Assembly: GCA_041664225.1 (NCBI GenBank)
Contig: JBAYLE010000004.1
Coordinates: 10,640-74,639, forward strand
Length of the DNA: 64,000 bases
DNA from: Parcubacteria group bacterium
GTDB taxonomy: Bacteria; Patescibacteriota; Minisyncoccia; Moranbacterales; UBA2206
Direction: 5' to 3'
Shown: in pieces, positions 1 to 9,207 of the stretch
Position numbering within the stretch: the stretch's first letter is position 1
Layout of the letters: each line of letters begins with the position of its first letter
The notes under the pieces: model-generated
The model's database searches: none
The model's input: the letters and a program-made list of their open reading frames with translations, nothing else
What the model was told of the DNA's origin: nothing
Translations under genes and position numbers: made by a program

Positions 1-3
1 TAA

Positions 4-1164
4 ATGAAAAAAAACGGAAAAAAAAGAGAGCAGGAATTGCTTGAGAAGACAGCTCGGATTTATCAATCTATTACCCGCGATTCAATGGACGGGTTTTTGG
101 CAGTTGATATGCGGGGTCGGTTTTTGGATGTGAATGACGCTTATTGCCATTTGATAGGCCATAGCCGGAGCGAACTTTTGAAAATGAACATAGCCGATGT
201 TGAAGTTGGAAAAAAGTCGAAAGATGTCGTAAAAAATCTCCAAAGAATAAAGAAGGCGGGTGAAATTCGATTTGTAACTCAACATCGGAGAAAGGATGGA
301 AAAATTATTTTTATCGAAGCCAGCGCCAATCATGCCAATTATGCCAACTATTTGGGCGGATTGGTATTTATTTTTATCCGCGACATCAGCAAGCGCAAGA
401 AAAAAGAAGATAAGCTGGCCAAAAATCGCGCTAAATCAAAAAAGATAATGGAGGGGCAGCTGGCCGACGCATACAAGCATTCTGAAGATCAGGACAAGTC
501 AAAAAAGAAAATGGAGGGACGGCTGGCTGATTCATACCAGCATTCTAAAGACCAGGTCAAGTCAAAAAAGAAAATGGAGGGACGGCTGGCTGATTCATAC
601 CAGCATTCCAAAGATCAAGATAAATCAAAAAAGAAAATAGAAGGACAACTGGCTGACGCATACAAGCATCTGGGAACAATCAACAGAAAAATTTCCCTCC
701 TTCTGGAATTGGAATATTTTCCGAAATCAAAAAAACACGATCAAAAAATTATAGACCATGTTTTGAATTTAGCGATGAACATTTCGAATGCTCAAACGGG
801 CTACCTTTATGGTTCAAAAGGAAGAGGCAGGTTTGATTTATTATCCTGCAAAGGATGCGAAGAAGAGCAGAAAGAAAAAATCAAAGTTATCACATCCCGC
901 AAGGTCGAGCTTCTGAAGCATTTACTCAAAGAAAAAAATCTCATTAGCGGAAATATAAAGCAACACAGAGTAGAACTCTTGGCGCTGAATGATAAACTGG
1001 AATATTTTGTTACCCTGCCTCTTTCAAAAGAAACAGCTCTGGGAGGTTTTATTTTTCTCGGTTTTGATAAAAAGAAAAGCGTGGACGCGCAGGATTTAGA
1101 ATTTCTGGATGTATTCGCGATACACGCTTCAAACGCTTTAGCCAAAGCTGGTGTTTTGAAATAA
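4..1164 (+). CDS. PAS domain S-box + GAF-like sensor protein with internal 21-aa repeats
   Basis: N-terminal PAS motifs (DGFLAVDMRGRFLDVNDAYC...HRRKDG), C-terminal GAF-like segment (LPLS...GFIFLG...QDLEFLDVFA); no output domain seen. Confidence 0.75.
   Translation: MKKNGKKREQELLEKTARIYQSITRDSMDGFLAVDMRGRFLDVNDAYCHLIGHSRSELLKMNIADVEVGKKSKDVVKNLQRIKKAGEIRFVTQHRRKDGKIIFIEASANHANYANYLGGLVFIFIRDISKRKKKEDKLAKNRAKSKKIMEGQLADAYKHSEDQDKSKKKMEGRLADSYQHSKDQVKSKKKMEGRLADSYQHSKDQDKSKKKIEGQLADAYKHLGTINRKISLLLELEYFPKSKKHDQKIIDHVLNLAMNISNAQTGYLYGSKGRGRFDLLSCKGCEEEQKEKIKVITSRKVELLKHLLKEKNLISGNIKQHRVELLALNDKLEYFVTLPLSKETALGGFIFLGFDKKKSVDAQDLEFLDVFAIHASNALAKAGVLK
433..669 (+). repeat. Coding tandem repeat, 63-bp unit, about 3.8 copies (KSKKKMEGRLADSYQHSKDQD)
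   Basis: Units start at 433, 496, 559 and 622. Confidence 0.9.
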
Positions 1165-1192
1165 GCCACGATGGGTAATTATGCACCAGGGC

Positions 1193-1281
1193 TTAAATCA
1201 GGAATATACACACATTCCCTTTTATTCATAAAAATATTTCCAACATCCTTGACTGTGGCGTGCGGACATAAAAAAGAGGCT
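1193..1281 (+). repeat. 89-bp direct repeat, left copy
   Basis: ttaaatcaggaatatacacac...cataaaaaagaggct, identical to 4701-4789. Confidence 0.95.
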
Positions 1282-1373
1282 TTGATTAGTCTCTTTTTTG
1301 GTAGGGACAGTAGAAAGTTAAAACTTTTAGTGGTAATATAAAAATAATAAAATAGATCAACTAAAACAAAAAT

Positions 1374-3410
1374 ATGGAACATAATCACAATCACGAACAA
1401 ATAAATTATTCTTCATCAATGGCCGGAATGAAACATGATCACGACCAAGAAGTAGAATACAACAAGCACGCAGGGCATTCCATTGATAATTTTAAAAGAA
1501 AGTTTTATATCTCCCTGATTTTGACTTTGCCAATTTTGTTTCTTTCCCCATTCATTCAGGGTTTGCTACATATTTCTTTCAGATTTCCAGGCGACCAACT
1601 GGTCTTGTTTCTAATCTCGTCTTTTGTTTTCTTTTTTGGAGGCAGTCCGTTTCTGGTCGGGGCGGTTAGTGAAATCAAACATAAGGCATTGGGAATGATG
1701 ACGCTCATTTCATTGGCTATCGGTGTGGCGTATTTTTACAGTTCGGCCGTAACTTTCGGACTAAAAGGCGAGGTGTTTTTCTGGGAACTAGCAACTCTGA
1801 TTGACATTATGCTTTTGGGGCACTGGCTGGAAATGAAATCGGTAATGGGAGTGTCCAGAGCATTGGAAAAATTATCCCAGCTCATTCCAGATAAAGCCCA
1901 CTTAAAAAAGGAAAATGAGGTAGTTGATGTTGATGTCAGCGAACTTAAAAAGGGAGATATTATTTTGGTGAAGCCAGGCGAAAAAATACCAACAGACGGT
2001 AGTGTAGTCAAAGGCGAAAGTTTCGTGAACGAGTCAATGCTCACGGGCGAAGCCAAGCCCGTTTCCAAAGAGACAGGCTCTAAAGTTATTGGTGGTTCCA
2101 TTACGGAAGAAGGTTCATTGGAAATACGAGTGGAAGGCGTGGGCGAAGAAACCTATCTTTCCAAGGTGATAAAACTGGTTAAAGATGCCCAAACTTCAAA
2201 ATCCAAAACACAATTATTAGCCGACAAAGCCGCTTTTTGGTTGACGCTTATTGCCATCAGCATTGGCACAATAACTTTTATTACCTGGCTGGCCTTAGGC
2301 AGAGACATTGCGTTTGCCATAGAACGAGCCGCTACAGTACTCATTATCGCTTGTCCGCACGCTTTAGGATTGGCTGTTCCACTGGTAGTGGCAATTTCTA
2401 CCACGCTATCCGCTCAAAACGGACTGCTTATCAGAAACAGAACCGCTTTTGAAAACGCCAGAAGAATTACGACAATTATTTTTGACAAAACGGGAACGCT
2501 AACCAAGGGAACATTCAGTGTTAAGAAGATTTATGCATTGGATAATAATTACAGTGAAAACAAAATTTTACAAATAGCCGCTGCGTTGGAGCGTAATTCT
2601 GAACACCCGATTGCCAGAGCGGTAATAGCAGATGCTGAAAGCAGGAAAGTTGAAAAACTGGAAGTTGCTAATTTCAAAGCAATAAAAGGGCAAGGTATAA
2701 AAGCGATAGTGGACAACAAAAAAATAATTATTGCCAGCCCTGGATATTTGAAAGAGCTGAAATTGTCAGTTTCGGACATATTCAATCAGGTGGAAGGCAC
2801 GGTAATATTTGTAGTAGTTGAAGATAATGGCTACAAGCTAATTGGAGCGTTGAATCTTTCTGATACCATCAGGGATGAATCGTACGGCGCCATTAAACTA
2901 TTAAGAGACGAAGGCATTAAAATGTGGATGCTCACTGGCGACAATGAAAGCTCGGCAAAAAGTGTGGCAGAAACACTGAAATTGGATGGCTACTTTGCTG
3001 GAGTGTTGCCGCATCAAAAACAAGAAAAAGTCAAAGAACTGCAAGATAAGGGAGAGTTTGTAGCAATGGTAGGAGATGGAATCAATGATGCTCCTGCTCT
3101 GGCTCAAGCTAATGTAGGAATTGCTATAGGAAGTGGAACGGACGTTGCTGCTGAGACAGCTGATATAATTTTGGTCAACAGCAATCCGCAAGATATTGCC
3201 TCGCTGGTTCTTTTTGGCAAGGCGACTTACAAAAAAATGGTTCAAAATTTGGCTTGGGCAACGGGATATAATGTGATTGCAATTCCTTTGGCGGCAGGAG
3301 TTTTGGCGGGCTATGGAATTTTACTTTCTCCTGCTTTGGGAGCTATCTTTATGTCATTAAGCACGGTGGTGGTGGCGATAAACGCCAAGATACTAAGAGT
3401 AAAAAAATAA
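1374..3410 (+). CDS. copB: Copper-translocating P1B-type ATPase (CopB-like)
   Basis: His-rich N-terminus, CPHALGLA, DKTGT, SEHPIA, GDGINDAPAL motifs. Confidence 0.93.
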   Translation: MEHNHNHEQINYSSSMAGMKHDHDQEVEYNKHAGHSIDNFKRKFYISLILTLPILFLSPFIQGLLHISFRFPGDQLVLFLISSFVFFFGGSPFLVGAVSEIKHKALGMMTLISLAIGVAYFYSSAVTFGLKGEVFFWELATLIDIMLLGHWLEMKSVMGVSRALEKLSQLIPDKAHLKKENEVVDVDVSELKKGDIILVKPGEKIPTDGSVVKGESFVNESMLTGEAKPVSKETGSKVIGGSITEEGSLEIRVEGVGEETYLSKVIKLVKDAQTSKSKTQLLADKAAFWLTLIAISIGTITFITWLALGRDIAFAIERAATVLIIACPHALGLAVPLVVAISTTLSAQNGLLIRNRTAFENARRITTIIFDKTGTLTKGTFSVKKIYALDNNYSENKILQIAAALERNSEHPIARAVIADAESRKVEKLEVANFKAIKGQGIKAIVDNKKIIIASPGYLKELKLSVSDIFNQVEGTVIFVVVEDNGYKLIGALNLSDTIRDESYGAIKLLRDEGIKMWMLTGDNESSAKSVAETLKLDGYFAGVLPHQKQEKVKELQDKGEFVAMVGDGINDAPALAQANVGIAIGSGTDVAAETADIILVNSNPQDIASLVLFGKATYKKMVQNLAWATGYNVIAIPLAAGVLAGYGILLSPALGAIFMSLSTVVVAINAKILRVKK

Positions 3411-3438
3411 TAAGAATATTTGAAAGGAGGTGAGAAAT

Positions 3439-3573
3439 ATGATGGATTATAATATGATGAACGGAGCTGGCGGGAGCGGCATGATGCTTTTCGCTTGGGT
3501 TAATTATATTTTAGTAGTTGTCCTACTTGTTTTAGGCATCGTCGCTTTTTGGAAGTATATTAATAAAAATTAA
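3439..3573 (+). CDS. 44-aa Met-rich single-pass membrane protein (MMDYNMMNGAGGSGMMLFAW...)
   Basis: Strong SD aaaggaggtga, ATG 3439, TAA 3571-3573; absent from the ORF track. Confidence 0.75.
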   Translation: MMDYNMMNGAGGSGMMLFAWVNYILVVVLLVLGIVAFWKYINKN

Positions 3574-3862
3574 ATGTTACAATTAAGATATAGTGAGCTA
3601 CACAGCGGGATAATCTATATTTGTAAGTTTGGTATATAAATATATTCTTTTTTATTAATAAAAATAGTTCCCGTTTGCTGGCAGGCAGGCTAATGTCCCT
3701 GACGACCCCGTGCTGGCCAAAACAAGGCTTAAACAAGTCTTGTTTTTGTATGGGGATGGTAGGAATTAGAACTGTATTGTTCTGTTACTATGATGTAATA
3801 AGTGTCTTTGGGTGTATAATTAAAATAAGCATTAACAATTTAATAATCAAAATTAAAAAACT

Positions 3863-4222
3863 ATGAAAAAAATCGCAGTTATAACATTAGTAGTAGCTGG
3901 AGCAATTGTCTTGGGTGGTTGTAGCTTGTATGGAGGAACCTCCAGCAATACTGCCACCTCTACGCCAGCGCCAACGCAGGGAACCAATATGGTTAATATT
4001 CAAAACTTTGCTTTTAACCTTGGAACGCTGACGATCAAGAAAGGCGAAACTGTAACCTGGACTAATAATGATTCGGTTCTGCACCAAATTAAATCCGCAA
4101 CATTCAATTCCAGTCAGTTGAGCAAGGGTCAGACTTTCTCATTCACTTTCGATGATGCAGGAACATTTGATTACTCGTGTGCCATCCATCCTTCCATGAT
4201 GGGCAAAATAATTGTTGAATAA
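3863..4222 (+). CDS. Cupredoxin (plastocyanin/azurin family) lipoprotein
   Basis: Lipobox LGGC; WTNNDSVLH and YSCAIHPSMMG type-1 copper ligands. Confidence 0.9.
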   Translation: MKKIAVITLVVAGAIVLGGCSLYGGTSSNTATSTPAPTQGTNMVNIQNFAFNLGTLTIKKGETVTWTNNDSVLHQIKSATFNSSQLSKGQTFSFTFDDAGTFDYSCAIHPSMMGKIIVE

Positions 4223-4252
4223 GGTTCATAATTGGTAGTTTAACTTAATTCT

Positions 4253-4699
4253 ATGAAAAAAAATTATTTAACAATAGTAGCGGGCGCAGCGATAATCTCA
4301 GCAATAGGCGTCTTTATCATCGATTATTTTTCTCACTTGTTATTTTCAAATCCAATGGAGACAGGACCATATTTTGTTGCAAAAGCGGCTGTTTATTTCA
4401 TATTCTCTCTTGTATTCTTATCTGTTATAAATCTGGAGAAAAATGAATTTATTAAGGTGGCGGTTGGCGGAATTATCGTCGCATCGCTTTGGGGAATGTA
4501 TTATAATATTTTCCCATTGCTGTTTAATTACTATCCCTTCGGAATTTCTCTAAGCGGCTTAACTTTTTTAGGAACGGGACTTTTCGGAACTGGTCTTGCT
4601 TTCGGGATTGTTCACACTCTCGCATTTGTAGGTGGATATTATTCTTCTAAATTTATATTCAATTTTTTTGAAAATTTTAAAGTAAAGAGAGCATCATAA
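4253..4699 (+). CDS. Hypothetical multi-pass membrane protein
   Basis: About four hydrophobic helices. Confidence 0.7.
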   Translation: MKKNYLTIVAGAAIISAIGVFIIDYFSHLLFSNPMETGPYFVAKAAVYFIFSLVFLSVINLEKNEFIKVAVGGIIVASLWGMYYNIFPLLFNYYPFGISLSGLTFLGTGLFGTGLAFGIVHTLAFVGGYYSSKFIFNFFENFKVKRAS

Positions 4700-4700
4700 T

Positions 4701-4789
4701 TTAAATCAGGAATATACACACATTCCCTTTTATTCATAAAAATATTTCCAACATCCTTGACTGTGGCGTGCGGACATAAAAAAGAGGCT
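4701..4789 (+). repeat. 89-bp direct repeat, right copy
   Basis: Identical to 1193-1281; runs into the terminator aaaagaggct-cccaaa-agcctctttt. Confidence 0.95.
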
Positions 4790-4935
4790 CCCAAAAGCCT
4801 CTTTTAAATTATAATTTTATTGTTGTCAAAAAATACGAAGCTATTGACAAAACCAAGATTTCTGATATAATGGATTACTCAGTCGAGATGCTGTTTAAAA
4901 TTTGCACAAATCTAACGTACTAGGGGGTACGAATA

Positions 4936-5295
4936 ATGAAGAAGATATTTATATCCGTTGGCGGTGAAAAGCCGGGAAATCCCATGGAGATGGCCCTCAA
5001 GCAGGTGGCCGGTCTCACGCAACAGGTAGTTGATAACCCCGAGGAGGCCGATCTCATTGTGGTCGACTCTGCATCGAATGCTCTCAAGATGTTGAAGGAA
5101 TACGATGAAGCGATCATAGCCGTAGCTTTAATAAGAGAAGCACGCTATGAAGAGCCTGGCGCTCGCTCGCTCAAAGAAGCGTATCCGAAGCAAGTCATTA
5201 TTGCCCAGATGTACAAAACCGAAGATGGAACCGACGATGTTTTATTGGTTCCTTATGTTATGACATTCACAAACGAAAGGAAGGAGAAAAAATAA
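4936..5295 (+). CDS. Hypothetical receiver-like alpha/beta protein (paralog of 5764-6132)
   Basis: VVDNPEEADLIVV / ALKMLKE / SLKEAYP shared with 5764; upstream promoter ttgaca...tataat. Confidence 0.7.
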   Translation: MKKIFISVGGEKPGNPMEMALKQVAGLTQQVVDNPEEADLIVVDSASNALKMLKEYDEAIIAVALIREARYEEPGARSLKEAYPKQVIIAQMYKTEDGTDDVLLVPYVMTFTNERKEKK

Positions 5296-5296
5296 T

Positions 5297-5767
5297 ATGG
5301 GGAAAAGAATACTTTTAGTGGATGACACAAAAAAGCACAGAAAAGCCGGGATCGCACAGTTGACGGCCTTGGGGCACGAAGTAGTTGCTGTTTCGGGTTA
5401 CGAGGACGCAGTCAATGAGTTGAGGAAGGGTGAAAAGTTTGATATAGCTCTTCTGGATCTGCTGATGCCGGCCGAAGGCATGACGCTGGGCGGCGACGGT
5501 CTCAAATATCTCGGACAGCCAATAGACATCGGTTTCTCACTTGCGATGAAGCTGGCGCTTGAAGGCATCAAGGAAATAGCTGTAGTCACAGACATGGGTC
5601 ATCATTCTCATCCGGCCAGCGCTATCTTCGACTGGTTTTTAGGAAAGAAGCTGACTATTTGCGGAAGCAATGTGCGCTGTATGCATGCGCATATTATCAG
5701 AGATAACGATGATGTGAAAGACTGGGCGGCGGCGCTTGAGTCGCTGTTGGGAGGTGAAGAAGAATGA
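5297..5767 (+). CDS. Response regulator receiver domain protein
   Basis: RILLVDD, FDIALLDLLMP. Confidence 0.8.
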   Translation: MGKRILLVDDTKKHRKAGIAQLTALGHEVVAVSGYEDAVNELRKGEKFDIALLDLLMPAEGMTLGGDGLKYLGQPIDIGFSLAMKLALEGIKEIAVVTDMGHHSHPASAIFDWFLGKKLTICGSNVRCMHAHIIRDNDDVKDWAAALESLLGGEEE

Positions 5768-6132
5768 AGAAAAAGATCCTCATAGCTGTTGATGAAAGCA
5801 AGGCGGAAGGAATCACAAACTCTCTCAAAAGAGCCGCATATTTTTTAGGCAATGAGCTGGTTAATAATCCCGAAGCTGCGGATGTGATTATTGTCAGCAA
5901 TCATTCTGATGCACTCAGGATGCTCAAAGAGAATGATGATGCGACCGTGGTCATTGCTGCCGAGTTCCTTGCGGAAGATAACATCGGCATCAGGACTCTC
6001 AAAGAGAGATATCCGGAGCGTATCATTATCGGACAATATCTCGAGCATTATCTCAAACCGGGAGATGTAATGCTGGTCAATTACATTAAGGATTTAGGAA
6101 AGGAGAATCTGGAAAAGGAGAAAAAGAGTTAA
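5764..6132 (+). CDS. Hypothetical receiver-like alpha/beta protein (paralog of 4936-5295)
   Basis: LVNNPEAADVIIV / ALRMLKE / TLKERYP. Confidence 0.7.
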   Translation: MKKKILIAVDESKAEGITNSLKRAAYFLGNELVNNPEAADVIIVSNHSDALRMLKENDDATVVIAAEFLAEDNIGIRTLKERYPERIIIGQYLEHYLKPGDVMLVNYIKDLGKENLEKEKKS

Positions 6133-6165
6133 GGATCTACGCTTAGATCCAAAGAGATTGCAATA

Positions 6166-6200
6166 GGGAGTTTCTCGCGAGAGGGCTCCCGATTTTTTTT
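6166..6200 (+). terminator. Intrinsic terminator
   Basis: gggagtttctc-gc-gagagggctccc followed by T8. Confidence 0.7.
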
Positions 6201-6267
6201 ATCTATTTTTTAGATATTTTAAGCAAACAGATTTGTTTGAGCCGAACTTTTCTGATATTATAAAAAA

Positions 6268-8049
6268 ATGATTAACACGCAGGAAAAAAATAATGGACTA
6301 GACTTGATCGCGTATTCCAATTGGGCGCTCATTAAGGATGTTGGAAGATTTGTAAAACCATACAAGGGACGCTTCATTTTTGCCAGTCTTTCCAGGTTTG
6401 TCAGTGATATTATCGGCCTATATCCTTCATACGGTTTTGCTTTGATTGTAACTTTTTTTAGTAATTATTCGCCGGGTGATTCATTGAGATATTTTTGGAT
6501 CATAATTATTATTCTAACCGCCGCCTATTTTTTTAAATATATATTTAGATTTTCAGCAAAGCAGGTTGGTTATCAGGTGGCGGAAAAAGTTGCTTTAGAC
6601 GCTCAAACTAAAACAATCAGCCATCTTTTTAGGCTGGATATTGCTTGGCATGAAAGAGAAAATAGCGGCAACAAGCTTAAAAGAATTCAAAAAGGGTCTG
6701 ATGGCCTGAATCGCATTTTACGTATGTGGATAAGTAATTTTATTGAAATTGGGATTAATTTGGTCGGCATGATTTTTATTTTAGGCAAGTTTGATTTGAA
6801 AGTTGGAATGGTGATGGTGCTTTTTGTCCTAACTTACTTTTTTATTTCTTTTTATCTTTTAACAAAGGCGTCTGCCGTTTCACAAGAGGTAGATATTCTC
6901 GAGGAAGGAGTTTTGGGCTTAATGTTTCAGTCGTTGAATAACATCAGAAGCGTTAAGATGCTGGATATGTCAGAAAGAATATTAAAAAAGATCAAACATC
7001 AGATAGGCGGATTATTTCAAAAAATACTGAAAAGAATCACAAGGTTTCAAACTCGGGGAGGCATTCTGAATCTATGGACGACATTATTTCGAGTAGGGGC
7101 AATAATAATAATTGCATATGGCATCATTGACAGAAAATATGAAGTTGGCTTCCTAGTTCTTTTTGTCGGTTATTTTAACAGCCTGGTTGACGCAGTAGAA
7201 GAACTTTCTGAGACTACCCAGGATTTGACTGTCAGTAAATATGGAATTGCCAGAATGCAGCGGACCGTCAACGAACCGATCTTGATCGACAATGAGTCTG
7301 GCAAGGTGGATTGTCCAAAAGATTGGCGAAAAATAAAAGTTATAAATTTATCTTTTGCGTATGGAAAGCGCAAAATTCTCAAAAATATTTCCTTTGAAAT
7401 AAATAGAGGGGAAAGGATTGGAATTATTGGTCTTTCTGGAGCGGGCAAATCAACGCTTATGAAATTGCTCATGAAAGAAAATGAGAATTATGAAGGCGAA
7501 ATCCTGATTGATGATTTATCCATAAAAAAAATAAAGAGAAGGTCGTATTTTGAAAAGTTGGGAGTCGTTTTACAGGACACAGAAGTTTTCAACTTTTCCT
7601 TACGGGAAAACATAATCTTATCCAGTCCAAAAGATTTTGGAGAAAAAGCTCTTAATGAAGCACTTTCCATTTCTTATGTCTCAGATTTTCTATCGAGACT
7701 TCCACAGGGGGTCGAAACCTTTATCGGAGAAAAAGGCATCAGGCTTTCTGGAGGTGAAAGACAAAGACTGGGAATCGCCAGAGCAATTTATAAAAAGCCC
7801 GAAATTCTTCTGTTAGACGAGGCGACTTCACATTTGGATCTCGAATCGGAAGAAAAAATTAAAGATTCTTTGCATAAGTTTTTTCAGAAAGTTACGGCTG
7901 TGGTTATCGCGCACCGATTGACGACGATCCGCCAGATGGACAAGATTCTGGTGATTGAAAAAGGCGAAGTTGTTGAATCCGGGAGTTTCGATGAACTGTA
8001 TAATGCCAAAGGCAGACTTTTTGAATTATGGGAAAAACAAAAATTCTAA
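6268..8049 (+). CDS. ABC transporter, fused permease/ATP-binding (MsbA/MdlB-like exporter)
   Basis: N-terminal TM domain, GLSGAGKS, LSGGERQR, LLLDEATS. Confidence 0.92.
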   Translation: MINTQEKNNGLDLIAYSNWALIKDVGRFVKPYKGRFIFASLSRFVSDIIGLYPSYGFALIVTFFSNYSPGDSLRYFWIIIIILTAAYFFKYIFRFSAKQVGYQVAEKVALDAQTKTISHLFRLDIAWHERENSGNKLKRIQKGSDGLNRILRMWISNFIEIGINLVGMIFILGKFDLKVGMVMVLFVLTYFFISFYLLTKASAVSQEVDILEEGVLGLMFQSLNNIRSVKMLDMSERILKKIKHQIGGLFQKILKRITRFQTRGGILNLWTTLFRVGAIIIIAYGIIDRKYEVGFLVLFVGYFNSLVDAVEELSETTQDLTVSKYGIARMQRTVNEPILIDNESGKVDCPKDWRKIKVINLSFAYGKRKILKNISFEINRGERIGIIGLSGAGKSTLMKLLMKENENYEGEILIDDLSIKKIKRRSYFEKLGVVLQDTEVFNFSLRENIILSSPKDFGEKALNEALSISYVSDFLSRLPQGVETFIGEKGIRLSGGERQRLGIARAIYKKPEILLLDEATSHLDLESEEKIKDSLHKFFQKVTAVVIAHRLTTIRQMDKILVIEKGEVVESGSFDELYNAKGRLFELWEKQKF

Positions 8050-8109
8050 TTTTTTAGAATATTCGCTGACTTTTTTGCTAAAAAACGAATCTTGTGCTAG
8101 TCTTGTTTT

Positions 8110-8193
8110 ATGAATAAACAGACAGTTGTAAAAAATAATATCTGCGCTTGCTCTTGTGAAATCATCTCGAGAGCGGTTTGTTGTTGCGGCTGA
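8110..8193 (+). CDS. Cys-rich leader peptide MNKQTVVKNNICACSCEIISRAVCCCG
   Basis: 6 Cys in 27 codons directly upstream of cysK; ATG 7 nt after predicted -10 (ttgcta-17-tagtct). Confidence 0.85.
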   Translation: MNKQTVVKNNICACSCEIISRAVCCCG

Positions 8194-8246
8194 TAATTAT
8201 TCTGGACAACTTTCAAAAATAGCTCTCGGGATAACCGAGTTTTTTT
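8165..8246 (+). promoter_or_regulatory. Attenuator: antiterminator 8165-8174/8222-8231, terminator 8225-8246
   Basis: tctcgagagc pairs with gctctcggga; alternative hairpin ctcgg-gataa-ccgag plus T7. Confidence 0.8.
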
Positions 8247-8264
8247 ATTCTTAAATCAAAAAAT

Positions 8265-9158
8265 ATGAAACATGAAAATATATTAAAAACAATCGGCCAT
8301 ACTCCGATGGTAAAAATTAACAGAATAAATTCGAACAGAAAAATAAATATCTACGCAAAAATTGAGGGTACAAATCCGGGCGGCAGCATCAAGGACCGGA
8401 TCGCACTCAAGATGGTTGAGCAGGCCGAGAAAGAAGGCAAGCTCGCAAAAGACAAAACGATTATTGAAGCGACTTCTGGCAATACCGGCATTGCTCTGGC
8501 TATGATCGGAGCCGTCAAAGGTTATGCTGTCGAAATTGTTATGAGTAAAGCGGTCTCCGCAGAGCGGATAAAAATGATCAAAGCTTTTGGCGCCAGGGTG
8601 ATTTTGACTGACGCGAAACTGGGGACCGATGGCGCGATCAAAAAAGCGCATGAGCTGGCCGAAAAAAATCCGCAAAAATATTTCATGCCCGACCAATTTT
8701 CCAACAAGTACAATAAAATCGCCCATTACGAAACGACAGCCAAAGAAATTTGGAAAGACACGCACGGCAAGATTGATTATTTTGTCGCGGCTATTGGCAC
8801 CTCCGGAACATTGATGGGGGTCGGAGCATATCTCAAAAAATATAATCCGAAGATAAAAATAATCTCAGCCGAACCGGTGAAAGGTCACTACATCCAAGGT
8901 TTGAAAAATATGGAAGAAGCCATTGTGCCGGCAATTTATAAAAAAGAATTGTTGGATGGCGTAATCATGATTGAAACCGAAGAGGCATTTGAGATGGCCA
9001 GAAAAATTGCAAAATTCGAAGGAATCTTTGTCGGGATGTCGAGCGGTGCGGCCATGTTGGCGTCTTTCAAAATCGCCAAGAAAATCAAAAAAGGCAATAT
9101 CGTCACGATTTTTCCCGATCGCGGCGAAAAATATTTGAGCACGGGCTTGTTTGGATAA
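8265..9158 (+). CDS. cysK: Cysteine synthase (O-acetylserine sulfhydrylase, CysK/CysM)
   Basis: NPGGSIKDR PLP lysine, EATSGNTG, GTSGT, PDRGEKYLST. Confidence 0.93.
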   Translation: MKHENILKTIGHTPMVKINRINSNRKINIYAKIEGTNPGGSIKDRIALKMVEQAEKEGKLAKDKTIIEATSGNTGIALAMIGAVKGYAVEIVMSKAVSAERIKMIKAFGARVILTDAKLGTDGAIKKAHELAEKNPQKYFMPDQFSNKYNKIAHYETTAKEIWKDTHGKIDYFVAAIGTSGTLMGVGAYLKKYNPKIKIISAEPVKGHYIQGLKNMEEAIVPAIYKKELLDGVIMIETEEAFEMARKIAKFEGIFVGMSSGAAMLASFKIAKKIKKGNIVTIFPDRGEKYLSTGLFG

Positions 9159-9207
9159 AGATTTATTTTTTCTTGTAAAAAAGTAAATTTTACGCTAGAT
9201 TTATCTT

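Noticed and set aside
433-669. Possible CRISPR array
   Set aside because: Units are contiguous in-frame coding repeats without unique spacers; no cas genes
1179-1400. Minus-strand 73-aa ORF across the direct repeat
   Set aside because: Overlaps the copB start and a terminator; not preserved at the second repeat copy
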